Origin: Perna viridis
Taxonomy: Eukaryota
Direction of reading: 5' to 3'
Assembly: GCA_037379345.1 (NCBI GenBank)
Contig: CM074514.1
Location: 50,096,001-50,160,000 of the forward strand
Length of the DNA: 64,000 nt
The position numbers and the translations under genes were made by a program. Numbering within the stretch: position 1 is the stretch's first letter; every line of letters starts with the position of its first letter. Shown here piece after piece: positions 39,101-48,967 of this stretch. The notes below the pieces were generated by a model. The model ran no database searches and was not told where the DNA came from. It was given only the letters and a program-made list of their open reading frames with translations.

Positions 39101-42100
39101 AAATAACACTGTAGTTACAATGTGTAGAACACTTTTTTGTATATTTTCTAGGTTTTAGCATCAGCCAGTGGTTCATTTGGAATCTCACCTAGTCAGATCT
39201 GTATCTGGGACATACAACAACAAATTTGTAAAAACGTTCTTAATTACCATGAACACGATGTACAATGTCTGGCCTACTCCAGAGATGATAGATTTCTGAT
39301 ATCTGTTGGTAAGTGTCAGAAATAATGCCCGTCGTGGTTAATTTTTTTCTAAAAAATTTTCTCTTCTGACTCTATGTGACCAAGTAGAACCAAACTTGCT
39401 ATGAATGTTTCTTACAGTGTTCTGCATAGAACTGTTGTGGGATTTTTGATGTGTCGAAAAACATGGCTCCCATTACTAAAAATAGATTATAGGGGTCAGA
39501 CAAAAGTTTTGCATATATCTCCAAAACTGTAAGGTTTAGGCAAATTCTGACACAGGTAACAATGTTCAGCCTGATGAGATTTATCTGTGGTCAAATTTTT
39601 TTTGTTAATGTTAAGCCATGTTGAAGTTATTGCCCAATTTTTGACGTTTTTTTTTTCGCTTATTTTAATGTCATTATTAAAAAACAATTTTCTTCTCAGA
39701 AACTACTGGACAAAATTTAATGAAAATTGATATGATTGTTTTTTAAGTATGAGCATTAGGAATTTGTATCCAAGAAAATAAAATTGCTCTTTTCAAAAAA
39801 TAGAATGTGCCTTAGTGGGCCAGGTGAGGGCAACTCAGGCTCTTTAGAGCCTCTAGTTTGTTTCAGAGCTATTGAAAAAGGGGGAGCAGCATATAATGTG
39901 TTTAAATCTATCTGTTTATTTGATTTTTTGAAACTTATAAACTTTGGTTTTCAGGTGATTACAGGGATTGTTCTATTGTGGTCTGGAGTACCAATAATTA
40001 TGAAATCTTGACATCTTCCCATGCAGCCAGTCCAATCAATGAACTCAAGTGGGACCCCTACACTGTTAATGAGTTTGCCTCTGTTGGACAGAATGGAACG
40101 GTCTTGTTTTGGTTACTTGATGAAACTTCTACTGATATTTGCCTAAATGTTCATGAGGCAGAGGTACCAGAAGAACTGCTTCAGGGGCACCATAAGGTAG
40201 TTAAACAATGGGAATAGTCAATTATAGATACTGTTTATTTGGATACATTTGTGACTAACAGTAAATACGCTTTAAATGCATACAGTGAAACCTGTATCAA
40301 GTGAACCTGTTTGGACTGTAGAATTTGGTAAAGACTGGTATTCAATTCTCTAAGGTTCAAAATAATTTTAAATTGATATGAAGGGATTTTATGAAGCTCC
40401 TGGGTTTCAACATTTTTTTGGTTTATTCAGCGTTCAGTTTAGAAAGGTTTTACTGTATCACATATCATCCAATTTATAATGATAAATAAATTAATCTTGA
40501 AATCATGAATATTTTAAGAATTGGTACTAATTATTTACATGCATTTGGAAAAGCTAAAGGGACTTAACTCATGTCTTTTAATGCTTTCTTTCAGGACAGT
40601 GATTCTGTTGACTTCACAGCAATGGAGTATGCAGGGGACAGCACTCTGTATATCTCCACCAGTTCTGGGAAGATTTCTGCCTGGGACACTCGACACAATA
40701 CCTGCTTCATTCACTGGGAAGCTGACAGTTCAGAAATAGGTTGGTATTAAATAGGTAAAAAGAAAGGTTGATGATTTATTCAACCCCCCCACCCCACACA
40801 CTTCAGTTGGGAGACATATTGTCTTAAGTCCTATCTAACTGTTGGTTGGTCTGTCTGTTCATCATATTTATTTAAGTGCCACTCCTTAGAAACTGCTTTA
40901 CTGAAATTCATGAAACTTGGAAGGTAGTGAGGACATTATATGTAGTTGTGCATATTACCAGAAAATGTTGGTTGTTTTATTCTTTTGGGAGTTACTCCCC
41001 TTGTACTTTGTAATTTTATGAAATATGTCACTGAAGCAGATTGCAAGCAAAAGTATTAAAATGACAGTTAGCTTGAACACTGACATGTAATTCACCTTCT
41101 TAACATGAATTACACTTTACTGTCATTTATTCATCTGTAGATGTGATTATGTGCCGCAGTGGTAGACTACTGACAGGAAGTGCTGGTAAAAACCTACGAG
41201 TGTGGTCAGTAGTTGGTGTAGGAGAGCTGAAGTTACCAGGAGATCACTACAATATGAGAACAGACGGCCTGACCATGGAGGATGAAATGAACCTGGATGG
41301 GTCTATTGTTACTGCTGCCTTTGATGAGGCTCTGGATATGGTATGTATTAAAATATGGTGATACCTAGCTATGCTAGCTTCATTTCTGGTTTGGTTCTTT
41401 GTAATAACTGTCTTTGATGAAGCTCTGAATATGGCATGTATTAAAATATTATGTTTCTGGTTTGGTTCTCTATAGTATGTGGTAATGATTATCATTAAAG
41501 AAGGAATATAAAAAAAATAGATTTTAATAGTTCTATGTAGCAAGTTTTTATAAAAATAAGTTTGATTTTAACGACAATGTATCGCAGCTAATGCAATTAG
41601 ATAAAAGTTGACTTTGTAAACAGATGTCAAAGTAAAGAAAACATTGAATAAGCATGTGTATGTCATTAAAAACTGCATGGATGATTTTCTTCTGATATTA
41701 AGTAGAATTCTGCTTTTTCAAACACTTCTTTTACCATTATGATTCTATTTTTAATATCTTATAAAATAGTTATTGTCAACATGTTCCATTCAATTTAAGG
41801 GCATTGTGGGAACAAATACTGGAACACTGTGGTACATCAATTGGCCAGAAAGGACCAGTATAAGATTGGTATCTAGTCACATGGCTAAGGTAAGTGGAAG
41901 ATAAACTCAAATAATAAATGAGTACAAATATTACTTATGAGGAATAACAGAGCTTTTGACAGACAAATGGAAACATATGATACCAAAAAAATACAACTCG
42001 AATGCTTACAAGCTTGCACGTATCAAGTTTTTCCATGTACTTTGAAAGTTAATTGTATTTGAAAATGCTATTTAGCAAAGTACACAAATCTTTGTACAAG

Positions 42101-45100
42101 TTTTTTCCATTTGAGATAGAGAGCCCCCTCTTGTCATTGTCAAATGCTAGACCAAGAGTATTAACTTTCCATGTAACAATGCACAGTTTTGTAAGTAGAC
42201 TCATCCTCCTTTCAGGTGAACAATCTATCTATATGTAATAGTGAACATTTTGCCTCCGGTGCTGATGATGGTAGTGTAAGAGTTTGGTCCCTTGACAGCC
42301 GAGAACAGACTTTACAGTTCCAGGTCTTAGACCAGGTAATTATTAAAGAGATAAGAATAGGGGAAATGTTCATGAAACTTTGTAACAGGACTCCTCAGTT
42401 GGCATACTTTCAAAATGGTTAGAGTTAGGAAATCTTCCAAGTGGTTGTGGTCTTTGAGTAGGGCATCAAGCTGTACAAAGGCTCTTCAGTAAGTGTACTT
42501 TCAAGATGGTTAGAGTTTAGGAACCATCCGAGATAAATTTGGGAACTTGTTAGAACATCAATCAGTAATATACTATAAGAGGATACAGCCCAGTCAACAA
42601 TGTAGAGTATGCCCCTTGATGTGCATGAGTAATTGTATGTCATCACTGAAAAATATTTTTTACATTTCTTCATCTGTACAAGAAATTATAGAACTAGTGT
42701 CCAGTGTTCTAAATGTTGACTTTTGTTGCACAGCTTTGTTACCTTGATTACACAGAGTAATTCTTATTTGAGAAGTATGACACTGAGATTAAAAGGTCAA
42801 AAGTTGAGGTCTGATGTACATAACATGCAGTAAGTTTGACTTGACAGATTTTAATTTTAATAAAAATTGCACAGACATAATCATAATCTATAAGACATTA
42901 TTCATTTTGGAAAAATGGTCTAAGCTCAGTGCTACTCTTTCTTAAGTATTTTATTTACTTGCTGGAAACTTAGAGCTTTGCTCTTTTGTGTATTGCAAAA
43001 AAAAGATAATAAGATTAAGTAGGGTCTTACTTCATACACATTATCCATAGTAAGTGGAGTTAGCTTCAATATTATTTTTGCCATTTGTGATTTTTTTAGG
43101 CATGCACATGTATAGACTTCTCCCCTATAAAACAAGATGGTATCATTAAAACTACAGTCAGTAACACCTCAGCTGCTGCTGTCACCTCCCACCAGAAGAT
43201 TGATGTAAACTTCATGCCCCTGCTTGCTGCTGGATACAGTAATGGAACAGTCCGAGTGTTTGATATCAACAAAGCTGAAATGATACTGAAGATGCATCCA
43301 CATGCTGTTGCAGTAACTGCCCTTAAATTTTCTTCTGATGGTATGTATTCAATTATTGGAAACAATGTGTAATCGGGGCAAAACTATTCGTTATGCACAC
43401 TTAAACCATCATACATTACTGCTTATTTACAAACTGATAGATTGATTGATAGTTGATTGTTAGTGTTAAAAGCCAAAGCAGCAATATTTCTGCTTTATCC
43501 AGGCAATGAACATGAAATGATGATGAAATGAAAAATGGGATGGGACACAAGAATAGTAGGGCCAACAAATTTTGATTTCCACTAGAAATAGAGAGAGTGG
43601 GTAGGGTGAGGCAATTTAGCTGCCTAAGGAGGAGTGCAAAGGTTCACTCTCCTATAGAGTACCACTGCAGAGTTCCCAAGAAACATGGCATCTCTCCCAA
43701 CACACTGCATGACCATAATTTGCAATCAGATTTTCCATATCATAGCCTAACAACCCCCTAGAATATAGCATGCCAGGGATACATGTACACACACTTGTTG
43801 TTGTATACGCTTAAACCACCATGTAATTTTACTTGGGATCTCAATGGTATGTTATCAGTAATACTTGGTTGACTATTTTGTAGAATCATATTCAATTTGA
43901 TACTTTATTACAATATTTACAAAAATTTTCATTGTTTATAATGTTTTCTGTGATAAATATTGGTGTCAATTATAAGATTGTTTCAGGATAAGTTAACCAG
44001 TTGCCGACCTTGCCCGTTTGTGACAGCATTCTAAAGTATTTAGTCAAACATATGCCTGATTTTATAATTTATATTTCAGGGCGTATGATTTTAACAGGAG
44101 GAAGTGATGGACTCATTGCCATTAGTAGTCCAACCACTGGGATAACAGTCCGTGTAATCTCTGACCACAAGGGGGCGCCAATCACAAACATTGATGTGAC
44201 CTTGTGTCAGGATCTGGAGTTGACCGTCTCTGCCTCTCAACTCTGGTTGGCAGCCAGTGCTGATAGGCGTGTGAGTGTCTGGTCCGCTGATTGGTCAAAG
44301 GATGTTTGTGAGCTTGTTGATTGGCTAACTTTCCCTGCTCCTGCATTCACACCAGATGGCACTGTCATAGCTAAACAAGATCAAAAGGTGATAAATATAG
44401 CATTTAGTTTTTTATTTATTATATTTGTATTGTGTATTTCTTGATACAATATATTTTTTTATTTTCGGGGCATTTCTTACTTGACCTCTTTAGACTGCTT
44501 TTCTGTATGTCATTTTACACTTAGTCAGCTAAGATACATTACATGTAGGTACATGTATTAACACACATTATTATATAGATAGCAGTAATAAACCAAATGT
44601 TCCCAGTGTAAAAATTGTCGATATTTCACTTAAAAAAAATTCTGTAATTTCATTCTTGGGCTTTATTCCGCCAAAACATCACAACAAGAATATCAAACTG
44701 CCGTTCACAAAGTTCGAAATTTATATTAAAAATCGCAACCAACAATGGCCAGGATAATAAATAACCAAAATATGATCACATGTACACGCAGTGAGATTTA
44801 ACAGTCCTCATTAAATCTAGGGTTTGTCTGCACTTGTGATCATATTTTGGTTATTGTCCCTGGATAACTTTCTTTTGATTTCCGCTACAACCTTGGTTCC
44901 CTTGATTACTCTTTCCAACTAATTATCCTGTTAGTAAAATAATGGCAAAATTGTTTCAAGTTCTGTTTTTAGGATAATGATTTTCTGTGTTCAATATGAT
45001 TTTTTTTTCTATTCCAGATTTCAACTTATCATTAATTTCATTCTGTATATTTACTTCAGTATTTGTTTTTGTTAAGAATGAGGCAACTACATTTGAAAAA

Positions 45101-47404
45101 CTTTCATAAATATCATTTCAGGGTATATATAGCCAGTTGCCTCCAAGTTTAGCCAAGTTTTCTCCAGAAGAACAAGACATCATTATATATGTAGGTTATG
45201 GTATGGAGAAATGTGTACAGTATTACAGTATGTCTGAGAGAAAGGTAGGAATCAGAATAGTTTATAAAGCTTCAGGGGTTAGTGGTGGGGGCTTATTGAT
45301 TAACATAACTAATGCATATAGTTGTATATATAGAGATATTTTTACTAGTTAAAGTTTTCGTAGGTGTCCAGGCCATTAGCATGAACAACACTTGATGCAA
45401 TAAATAGTATAGAGTTACTGTATAAGTTGAGTTTGAGGTACATATAGCAAATCTAAGTGATTTTAAACATTAAACATCACATTTATAATACTTGAGTCCT
45501 ACTTATTGGTTTAGTTCAGTAATGAAATCATTGTTTAAGTGAGTGAACAACTTGAACACATGGAATTTGTATTATTCTTATTCAATTTTTCTATTTAATT
45601 TCCAGGTGACTAGAACTCAAGCTCTTACTCATTGGCCAACATGTCTTGATGTCTGTCCGTCTACAGCACTCTTATCACTTGGTGCTAATGGTAATTACAC
45701 AATTTTTTTAAGTATGTTAGGGAGCTAACTTTGGTTGAATCCACTAATTATTCCCATGGCCAATAGACATTGAAAAACTGGAGGTATATCATGATCATAC
45801 TGTCTATTAGTCCCCTGTTTTCACCTAGAACTAGCTACCTTGGTGGTGTTGGAGTCAAGTGCTCGCCTTTAGTGCAGGATGTCATGGATTTGAGCTGAAT
45901 CGCATGGAAGACTTCAAAATTGATAGTCACTGCTTCTCAGCCAAGAACACAGTATTTAAGGAGATAGGGTGACGATTGGTTGGCATGATGTCATTAATAT
46001 TTGAGTGGGGTGGCATGCCTACCTGCAGGCTGTTACTTCTGTATTATGTAGCACAATAGTGATCCAGCTCTAGTATAATGAATGATCTATTCAAATGTTC
46101 TCGTCCTGAAAGGCATGAAATATCTTCCCTAATCAATCCATCAATCAATGACACTCCACAGAAAATGCTCAATGGAATTCAATGAAACTTTTTCAAATAA
46201 TCACATTTCCATCTGAATGACTTATGTGGTTTCATGCATTAAAGGAGGTTGGGTATTGCCCACAGTATTTCTTGTCTGTAATTATTAACAACTTTGAACT
46301 TTAAATAGCATCTTGAATTTCAATGATTTCCATATAGCAAACTTTTTGTGTTGGGGCATATCTTAAATGGATAGGCAATATAAGGCCTCATCCTAAATTC
46401 TTGGTTGAAGTGAACTGTGCTATGGATTGATGTCAACATCTTCTTTAAATAGCTGTCTTCGCAAGAATCATGCAAAGTCTGAAAAATGTGATATACCCCA
46501 AAAAAGGCTACTTATTTTTATTTTTGTAATTAAGTTGTTTTATGGGTCTATACTATAAAATGTGTAATTATTCCTTCAAATCTGCCTGCTTTTAGGAGAT
46601 AATCAACATTGAAAATCCAGTAGATTTTATTGTATTTTAGCGTCATTTACAGAGTTATCTCCCTTAATTTTGAAATCTACAGTGCATTCTATATAATTTT
46701 TATCTCCTAAGAGTACAGGTTCTTTGAAAAACCACATGTTAATTTTTGTTTACTATGACATTTCAAACAAAATATCAAAAATAAAAATATGTAAGCTTTT
46801 TACTCATGAATCACATCTTGCATGATCCTTAGCTGGAGTGCTACTTAAAATGCTTTTATTTTCTAAAGTCACCATTGCAAAATGTAACTACAATGAATGG
46901 GAATTTGTGAACCATTGTTAATATGACGATGATATTTGTAGTGACAAGGATGTAATTATATATATGTTTTGAATTCAAGCTTCCGCCTTAGTTGGATAAT
47001 TGTATTTATTTATAGTACTTCATTTTCACTTGTCATTTGATAAATTATTTTTTGAAAGACATTGATACCAATGTTTTTTTCCAAGAAATCATATCAAAGT
47101 TTTTGTAGTTACATCATTTTATGAAAATGATTTAAAATTTTAATGACAATAAGACAGTATGCAGTCATGTACTGGCAATTTATTAATATTTATTGATATA
47201 CTGAACTTAAGTTCGTTTGATTTCTACTAAATAATTTTCTCTTTTTCAGAACGTGTGATAAAACTGATGGATTATTATGAAGGAAGTTTCCAAGATTTTA
47301 TAGGTCACAGTGACTCAATAAATTTTGTTAAATTTTCTCCAGACAGTAAATACCTATTGACAGTATCTCATTCTGAAATATTTATCTGGGAAGTTCAAGT
47401 GTGA
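15100..47404 (+). CDS. WDR90: WD repeat-containing protein 90 (centriolar/ciliary, POC16 orthologue); 42 coding exons, 5670 nt, ~1889 aa
   Basis: The spliced translation matches recalled WDR90 throughout: WQHPYVNVFKHF, SLGLSGRYFYLLF, RISFSNLFKEFKSTSTWLQFP (CFA20/DUF667), EPDPIMKLRRIVGFGG, YPCHAVVV, FFIGHTDK, AKAHTD, GSDDGYLRLWPLDF, LKSIIGYNGN, DWLTFPAP, QDFIGHSD. All introns are GT-AG with consistent phases. Confidence 0.95.
15689..15930 (+). mobile_element. tRNA-derived SINE family, body and tail fragment
   Basis: Core ATACCAAAGACTTTAAAAATGGTAGTCACTGCTTCTC...GACTGGTT...ATAATGTGTC...CTAGCACAA, shared with ~16790-16965, ~31940-32050, ~38060-38142 and 45838-46150. Confidence 0.7.
16630..16721 (+). 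CDS. WDR90: WDR90 exon 2
   Basis: WQHPYVNVFKHF...TTAM|gtaagt. Confidence 0.9.
17032..17200 (+). mobile_element. CR1/L2-type LINE RT fragment
   Basis: KSGDDDVNNNCPVSVLTVVNKIIERHV, then (frameshift) ENNLISTCQTGFRSKHSCET, i.e. the NYRPIS...QSGFR..HS.ET motifs. Confidence 0.75.
17658..17970 (+). CDS. WDR90: WDR90 exon 3
   Basis: DKNVKCSVYKISGS...WLQFPFLC. Confidence 0.9.
18772..18942 (+). CDS. WDR90: WDR90 exon 4
   Basis: HSGPAPMSTRWTVLCLD... Confidence 0.9.
19587..19710 (+). CDS. WDR90: WDR90 exon 5
   Basis: ...VTPMPRDLAFPVGKSEKWDDLY. Confidence 0.9.
20365..20432 (+). CDS. WDR90: WDR90 exon 6
   Basis: FPNEGTRKPFDSIQF; phases 2/1 fit. Confidence 0.85.
20505..20685. repeat. 39-bp minisatellite, about 4.5 copies
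   Basis: GTCAGTTGGAGCAAT at 20582, 20621 and 20660. Confidence 0.9.
20920..21029 (+). CDS. WDR90: WDR90 exon 7
   Basis: ESSINSSHRVSPKK...; NAGNAG acceptor. Confidence 0.75.
21835..21987 (+). CDS. WDR90: WDR90 exon 8
   Basis: KPMKRIQVTKELPMIG...EIHVFAHP; NAGNAG acceptor. Confidence 0.75.
22632..22694 (+). CDS. WDR90: WDR90 exon 9
   Basis: SVNVQKIQGNAYVPAMKPNYT; strong polypyrimidine acceptor; symmetric exon so it could be skipped. Confidence 0.65.
23112..23180 (+). CDS. WDR90: WDR90 exon 10
   Basis: ALEPDPIMKLRRIVGFGGATFKD. Confidence 0.9.
23644..23754 (+). CDS. WDR90: WDR90 exon 11
   Basis: ALWSVDGSTVVYPCHA...GHTDK. Confidence 0.92.
24088..24233 (+). CDS. WDR90: WDR90 exon 12
   Basis: VSCISMTGTSTMLASGQ...VRVWKF. 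Confidence 0.9.
24506..24563 (+). CDS. WDR90: WDR90 exon 13
   Basis: YAHKGNMLCGVGKDSQGKN. Confidence 0.9.
25026..25144 (+). CDS. WDR90: WDR90 exon 14
   Basis: MVVIWNT...AKAHTDVDI...FDDTR. Confidence 0.9.
25476..25637 (+). CDS. WDR90: WDR90 exon 15
   Basis: MASCGRDNIRLWRVKEGQLRSAPVNLGE. Confidence 0.9.
26242..26369 (+). CDS. WDR90: WDR90 exon 16
   Basis: YACSRSGHIFEI...RRLLP. Confidence 0.9.
26615..26872. repeat. ~48-bp minisatellite, about 5 copies
   Basis: AAGTATGGCCTATGTCATATCATGTTTAGTATACATTATCGTATATAG. Confidence 0.9.
27023..27139 (+). CDS. WDR90: WDR90 exon 17
   Basis: PGIGLNC...GSDDGYLRLWPLDF. Confidence 0.92.
27499..27569 (+). CDS. WDR90: WDR90 exon 18
   Basis: HEGPVTAVDFSSDGLHILAGTCS. 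Confidence 0.9.
28020..28125. repeat. 25-bp minisatellite, about 4 copies
   Basis: AAAGTTAACAGAAGTCCATTTGTTC. Confidence 0.92.
28224..28388 (+). CDS. WDR90: WDR90 exon 19
   Basis: GNLGMLDV...RSHT...SEDHTIRVWD. Confidence 0.92.
28741..28880 (+). CDS. WDR90: WDR90 exon 20
   Basis: LYDFSAPSECPCCISYHPS... Confidence 0.9.
29304..29565 (+). CDS. WDR90: WDR90 exon 21
   Basis: QHRGKIIGLSFAPTG...AFIGPS...SLDE. Confidence 0.9.
30417..30593 (+). CDS. WDR90: WDR90 exon 22
   Basis: VLRIDIST...LDSAM...HLLVTT. Confidence 0.9.
31022..31150 (+). CDS. WDR90: WDR90 exon 23
   Basis: VNNIHRSGCSTL...TIKIWDY. Confidence 0.9.
31443..31570 (+). CDS. WDR90: WDR90 exon 24
   Basis: VFIGHSE...LLSVGEAVYMWDFL. Confidence 0.9.
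31493..31865 (+). repeat. 89-bp tandem repeat made of the exon 24 3' half plus splice donor, 4 copies
   Basis: CCTCCTGAGTGTTGGAGAGG starts at 31502, 31591, 31680 and ~31769 (3-bp deletion in the last). Confidence 0.95.
32117..32163 (+). CDS. WDR90: WDR90 exon 25
   Basis: GREVKETPFPFMDKT; bridges phase 2 to phase 1. Confidence 0.75.
32225..32445. repeat. ~67-bp minisatellite, about 3.3 copies
   Basis: AGGGATTAGTAATTTATTTATCATTTT..CACATATATATGTCATAACTAGGTTATAGACAAAGGAT. Confidence 0.9.
32743..32921. mobile_element. MITE, same family as 4312-4506, opposite orientation
   Basis: TIR CTATGAAAGTACT / AGTACTTTCATAG between TA dinucleotides. Confidence 0.8.
32953..33120 (+). CDS. WDR90: WDR90 exon 26
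   Basis: SVDDIVNVEYQELPRTPPKP... Confidence 0.8.
33318..33403 (+). CDS. WDR90: WDR90 exon 27
   Basis: TESSDKEDIVLRGPEIQDRYDGGSDTDS. Confidence 0.75.
34360..34665 (+). mobile_element. Helentron-associated (HINE-like) non-autonomous element
   Basis: 5' AACTCACC.AGCCCAAAGGGCCT hairpin and (GTC/GTT) microsatellite; 3' CAGGTGAGC...GCTTTAGAGCCTCT next to a T tract. Related copy at ~39325-39860 and a 5' stub at ~24392. Confidence 0.55.
35117..35830. repeat. 81-bp minisatellite, about 8.7 near-identical copies
   Basis: GACCTTGC recurs every 81 bp from 35132 to 35780. Confidence 0.97.
36033..36224 (+). CDS. WDR90: WDR90 exon 28
   Basis: IGSGSKF...KKRTPVKKKR...RPSCRKHF...LAQ. Confidence 0.75.
37369..37471 (+). 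CDS. WDR90: WDR90 exon 29
   Basis: RRYIAPPNQAGIQLKSIIGYNGN...WHSDT. Confidence 0.9.
37771..37923. repeat. 38-bp minisatellite, 4 copies
   Basis: AGCCTGGATCCAGAGATCCTTGGAAACAGGCAAATATC. Confidence 0.95.
37953..38027 (+). CDS. WDR90: WDR90 exon 30
   Basis: LFIYTAGCILIIEDLNTGQQKHLT. Confidence 0.9.
38828..38874 (+). CDS. WDR90: WDR90 exon 31
   Basis: (G)HTEEISTIALQNDCQ. Confidence 0.9.
39152..39308 (+). CDS. WDR90: WDR90 exon 32
   Basis: VLASASG...QICIWD...LAYSRDDRFLISV. Confidence 0.9.
39325..39860 (+). mobile_element. HINE-like element, same family as 34360-34665
   Basis: Shares AGAACCAAACTT..TATGAATGT...GTGTTCTGCATAG and the 3' end CCAGGTGAG...CAGGCTCTTTAGAGCCTCTAGTTT. Confidence 0.55.
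39955..40196 (+). CDS. WDR90: WDR90 exon 33
   Basis: DYRDCSIVVWST...WDPY...VLFWLLD. Confidence 0.9.
40283..40455. mobile_element. Tc1/pogo-like MITE
   Basis: TA|CAGTGAAACCTGT ... AAAGGTTTTACTG|TA. Confidence 0.75.
40595..40739 (+). CDS. WDR90: WDR90 exon 34
   Basis: DFTAMEY...ISAWDTRHNTCFIHWEAD. Confidence 0.9.
41141..41340 (+). CDS. WDR90: WDR90 exon 35
   Basis: RLLTGSAGKNLRVWS...FDEALDM. Confidence 0.9.
41800..41889 (+). CDS. WDR90: WDR90 exon 36
   Basis: GIVGTNTGTLWYINWPERTSIRLVSSH. Confidence 0.9.
42216..42335 (+). CDS. WDR90: WDR90 exon 37
   Basis: HFASGADDGSVRVWS...LQFQVLDQ. Confidence 0.9.
43100..43340 (+). CDS. WDR90: WDR90 exon 38
   Basis: ACTCIDFSP...AAGYSNGTVRVFD...KMHPH. Confidence 0.9.
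44080..44387 (+). CDS. WDR90: WDR90 exon 39
   Basis: ILTGGSDGLIAISSPTTG...DHKGAPIT...DWLTFPAP. Confidence 0.9.
45122..45244 (+). CDS. WDR90: WDR90 exon 40
   Basis: LPPSLAKFSP...YVGYGMEK. Confidence 0.88.
45606..45690 (+). CDS. WDR90: WDR90 exon 41
   Basis: VTRTQALTHWPTCLDVCPS. Confidence 0.88.
45838..46150 (+). mobile_element. tRNA-derived SINE, near full-length degenerate copy
   Basis: tRNA-like head (TGGTGGTGTTGG...GGATTTGAG), the shared core and a (TCAA)n tail. Confidence 0.65.
47250..47404 (+). CDS. WDR90: WDR90 exon 42 (last coding exon, TGA stop)
   Basis: RVIKLMDYYEGSFQDFIGHSD...IFIWEVQV*. Confidence 0.92.
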
Positions 47405-47585
47405 TAGACACACTCTGAAATATTTATCTAGGAAGTTCAAGTTTGGTAGACACACTCTGAAATATTTATCTTGGAAGTTCAAGTGTGATAGAAATACTCT
47501 GAAATATTTATCTGGGAAGTTCAAATGTGGTAGACGTGGTAGACACCTTCTGAAATATCCTTCTAGGAAGTTCAAGTTGATAGAT
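47372..47585 (+). repeat. 42-bp tandem repeat made of the last WDR90 codons plus stop, 5 copies
   Basis: TCTGAAATAT at 47372, 47414, 47456, 47498 and ~47549. Confidence 0.95.
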
Positions 47586-48362
47586 TGTGTCTCTTTATGT
47601 TGATTAAAGGAAATGCAGGAAATAATTTCTCTGGAAGAACAGGAAATCTGTGATTGAATTGTATTGATTTTACTGGCTGTCAAGGTATTGAGATAAAATG
47701 AACAACTTTTTTGTATTATTAAGTTTATTTGTAGAGTTGTGGCTCATAACATTGACAAAAATGAGGCAGTGTATTATTGCTGCCTGTCTGTCTGTTCACA
47801 CTTCATTTAATAACTCTCAAAGTGTTCATTTCTCACTTTCAATATTAATTTTGAGATTGTTTACAAGAGTAAAAACAGTTAATAATTATGAACAGATGTG
47901 ATGTTTTTTGTTCACCCCACATGGCTAAATATTGAAGTACTAGTATTTTGGTCTACAAAGTGAAAAAAATCTCAAATTATTACAATTATAAACCAATTAT
48001 GGTTTACAATTATAAAACATAAATGATCAGAATTTTCCGTCCAGCTTAAGCACATTGTTGTTTTTTATTTGTTATTGTCTTGTGATTTGTGGTTTTGCGA
48101 AATTTTGTCTTAATTATTTGTTTTATTTTGTATTTCTCTTTTGATTAGATCTTTATGAAAATAGAGTTAGATTTCCAATAAGTTTTTTTTTCTGTCTGAA
48201 TGTTGATGAAACGCAAAGATTGGTATCCATCAAAGTAATTCAGTTCACAGAAAATTATGTTTAAGTTAATAGATTTAGTGCTAAGCTTCTTTACTGTTGT
48301 ATCACAACAATGTAATAAATGTTTTGTTTTTGAGTAAAAGTTTATATTATTTCTGTGTAAAG

Positions 48363-48655
48363 ATGTGTTATACATGTTTTACTTGTATAGTGAATCTAAT
48401 TTATTTGTTTATATTAAATGAATACCTTACTACATTATAAGTTTGTCTATCAATTATTAACATTTTTGAGTGTCTTGCTTGTTGAACACGGATTTTTCCC
48501 CCTTTTTTTACTGTAACCTGTTCTTTGTAAGTTTGTCCATATCTGATATGATAACTCAAAAATGCATTGAAGGAATTTAATAATTCATACCTACCCTTCC
48601 ATGATGTCATTCTTTTTTTATTTGTGGGAGATTACATTACATATAGGCCTTGTTT
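48363..48655. repeat. Interspersed repeat; direct copy at ~52319-52670
   Basis: Both begin ATGTGTTATACATGTTTTACTTGTATAG.GAATCTAATTTATT and share TTAACATTTTTGAGTGTCT and TATTTGTGGGAG. Confidence 0.8.
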
Positions 48656-48967
48656 TATCTTCAGTTTTTAAATTTAATCTGTTATTCTGATCACTATTTT
48701 GTTTACATACATTGTGTCATTGTTTTACATTCCATGTACTTGTTCTTGATTTTTGAGTTGCTTTGGTATCATTTTCCTGTCCGAAATTTGAACTCATACA
48801 GAAATTAGAAAAAAATATTTTTTTTAACTATTTTTTTAAGAACTGAAATCTACAGCTCTATAAGAGTAATTGAAGGGATTAGTAACGAAGAACTTCTGAT
48901 TGTTTCGTAGCAAATCTATAAAAGTGAAATGAGCTGTATTTATATTGTTTATTGTGTATGAGAATAG

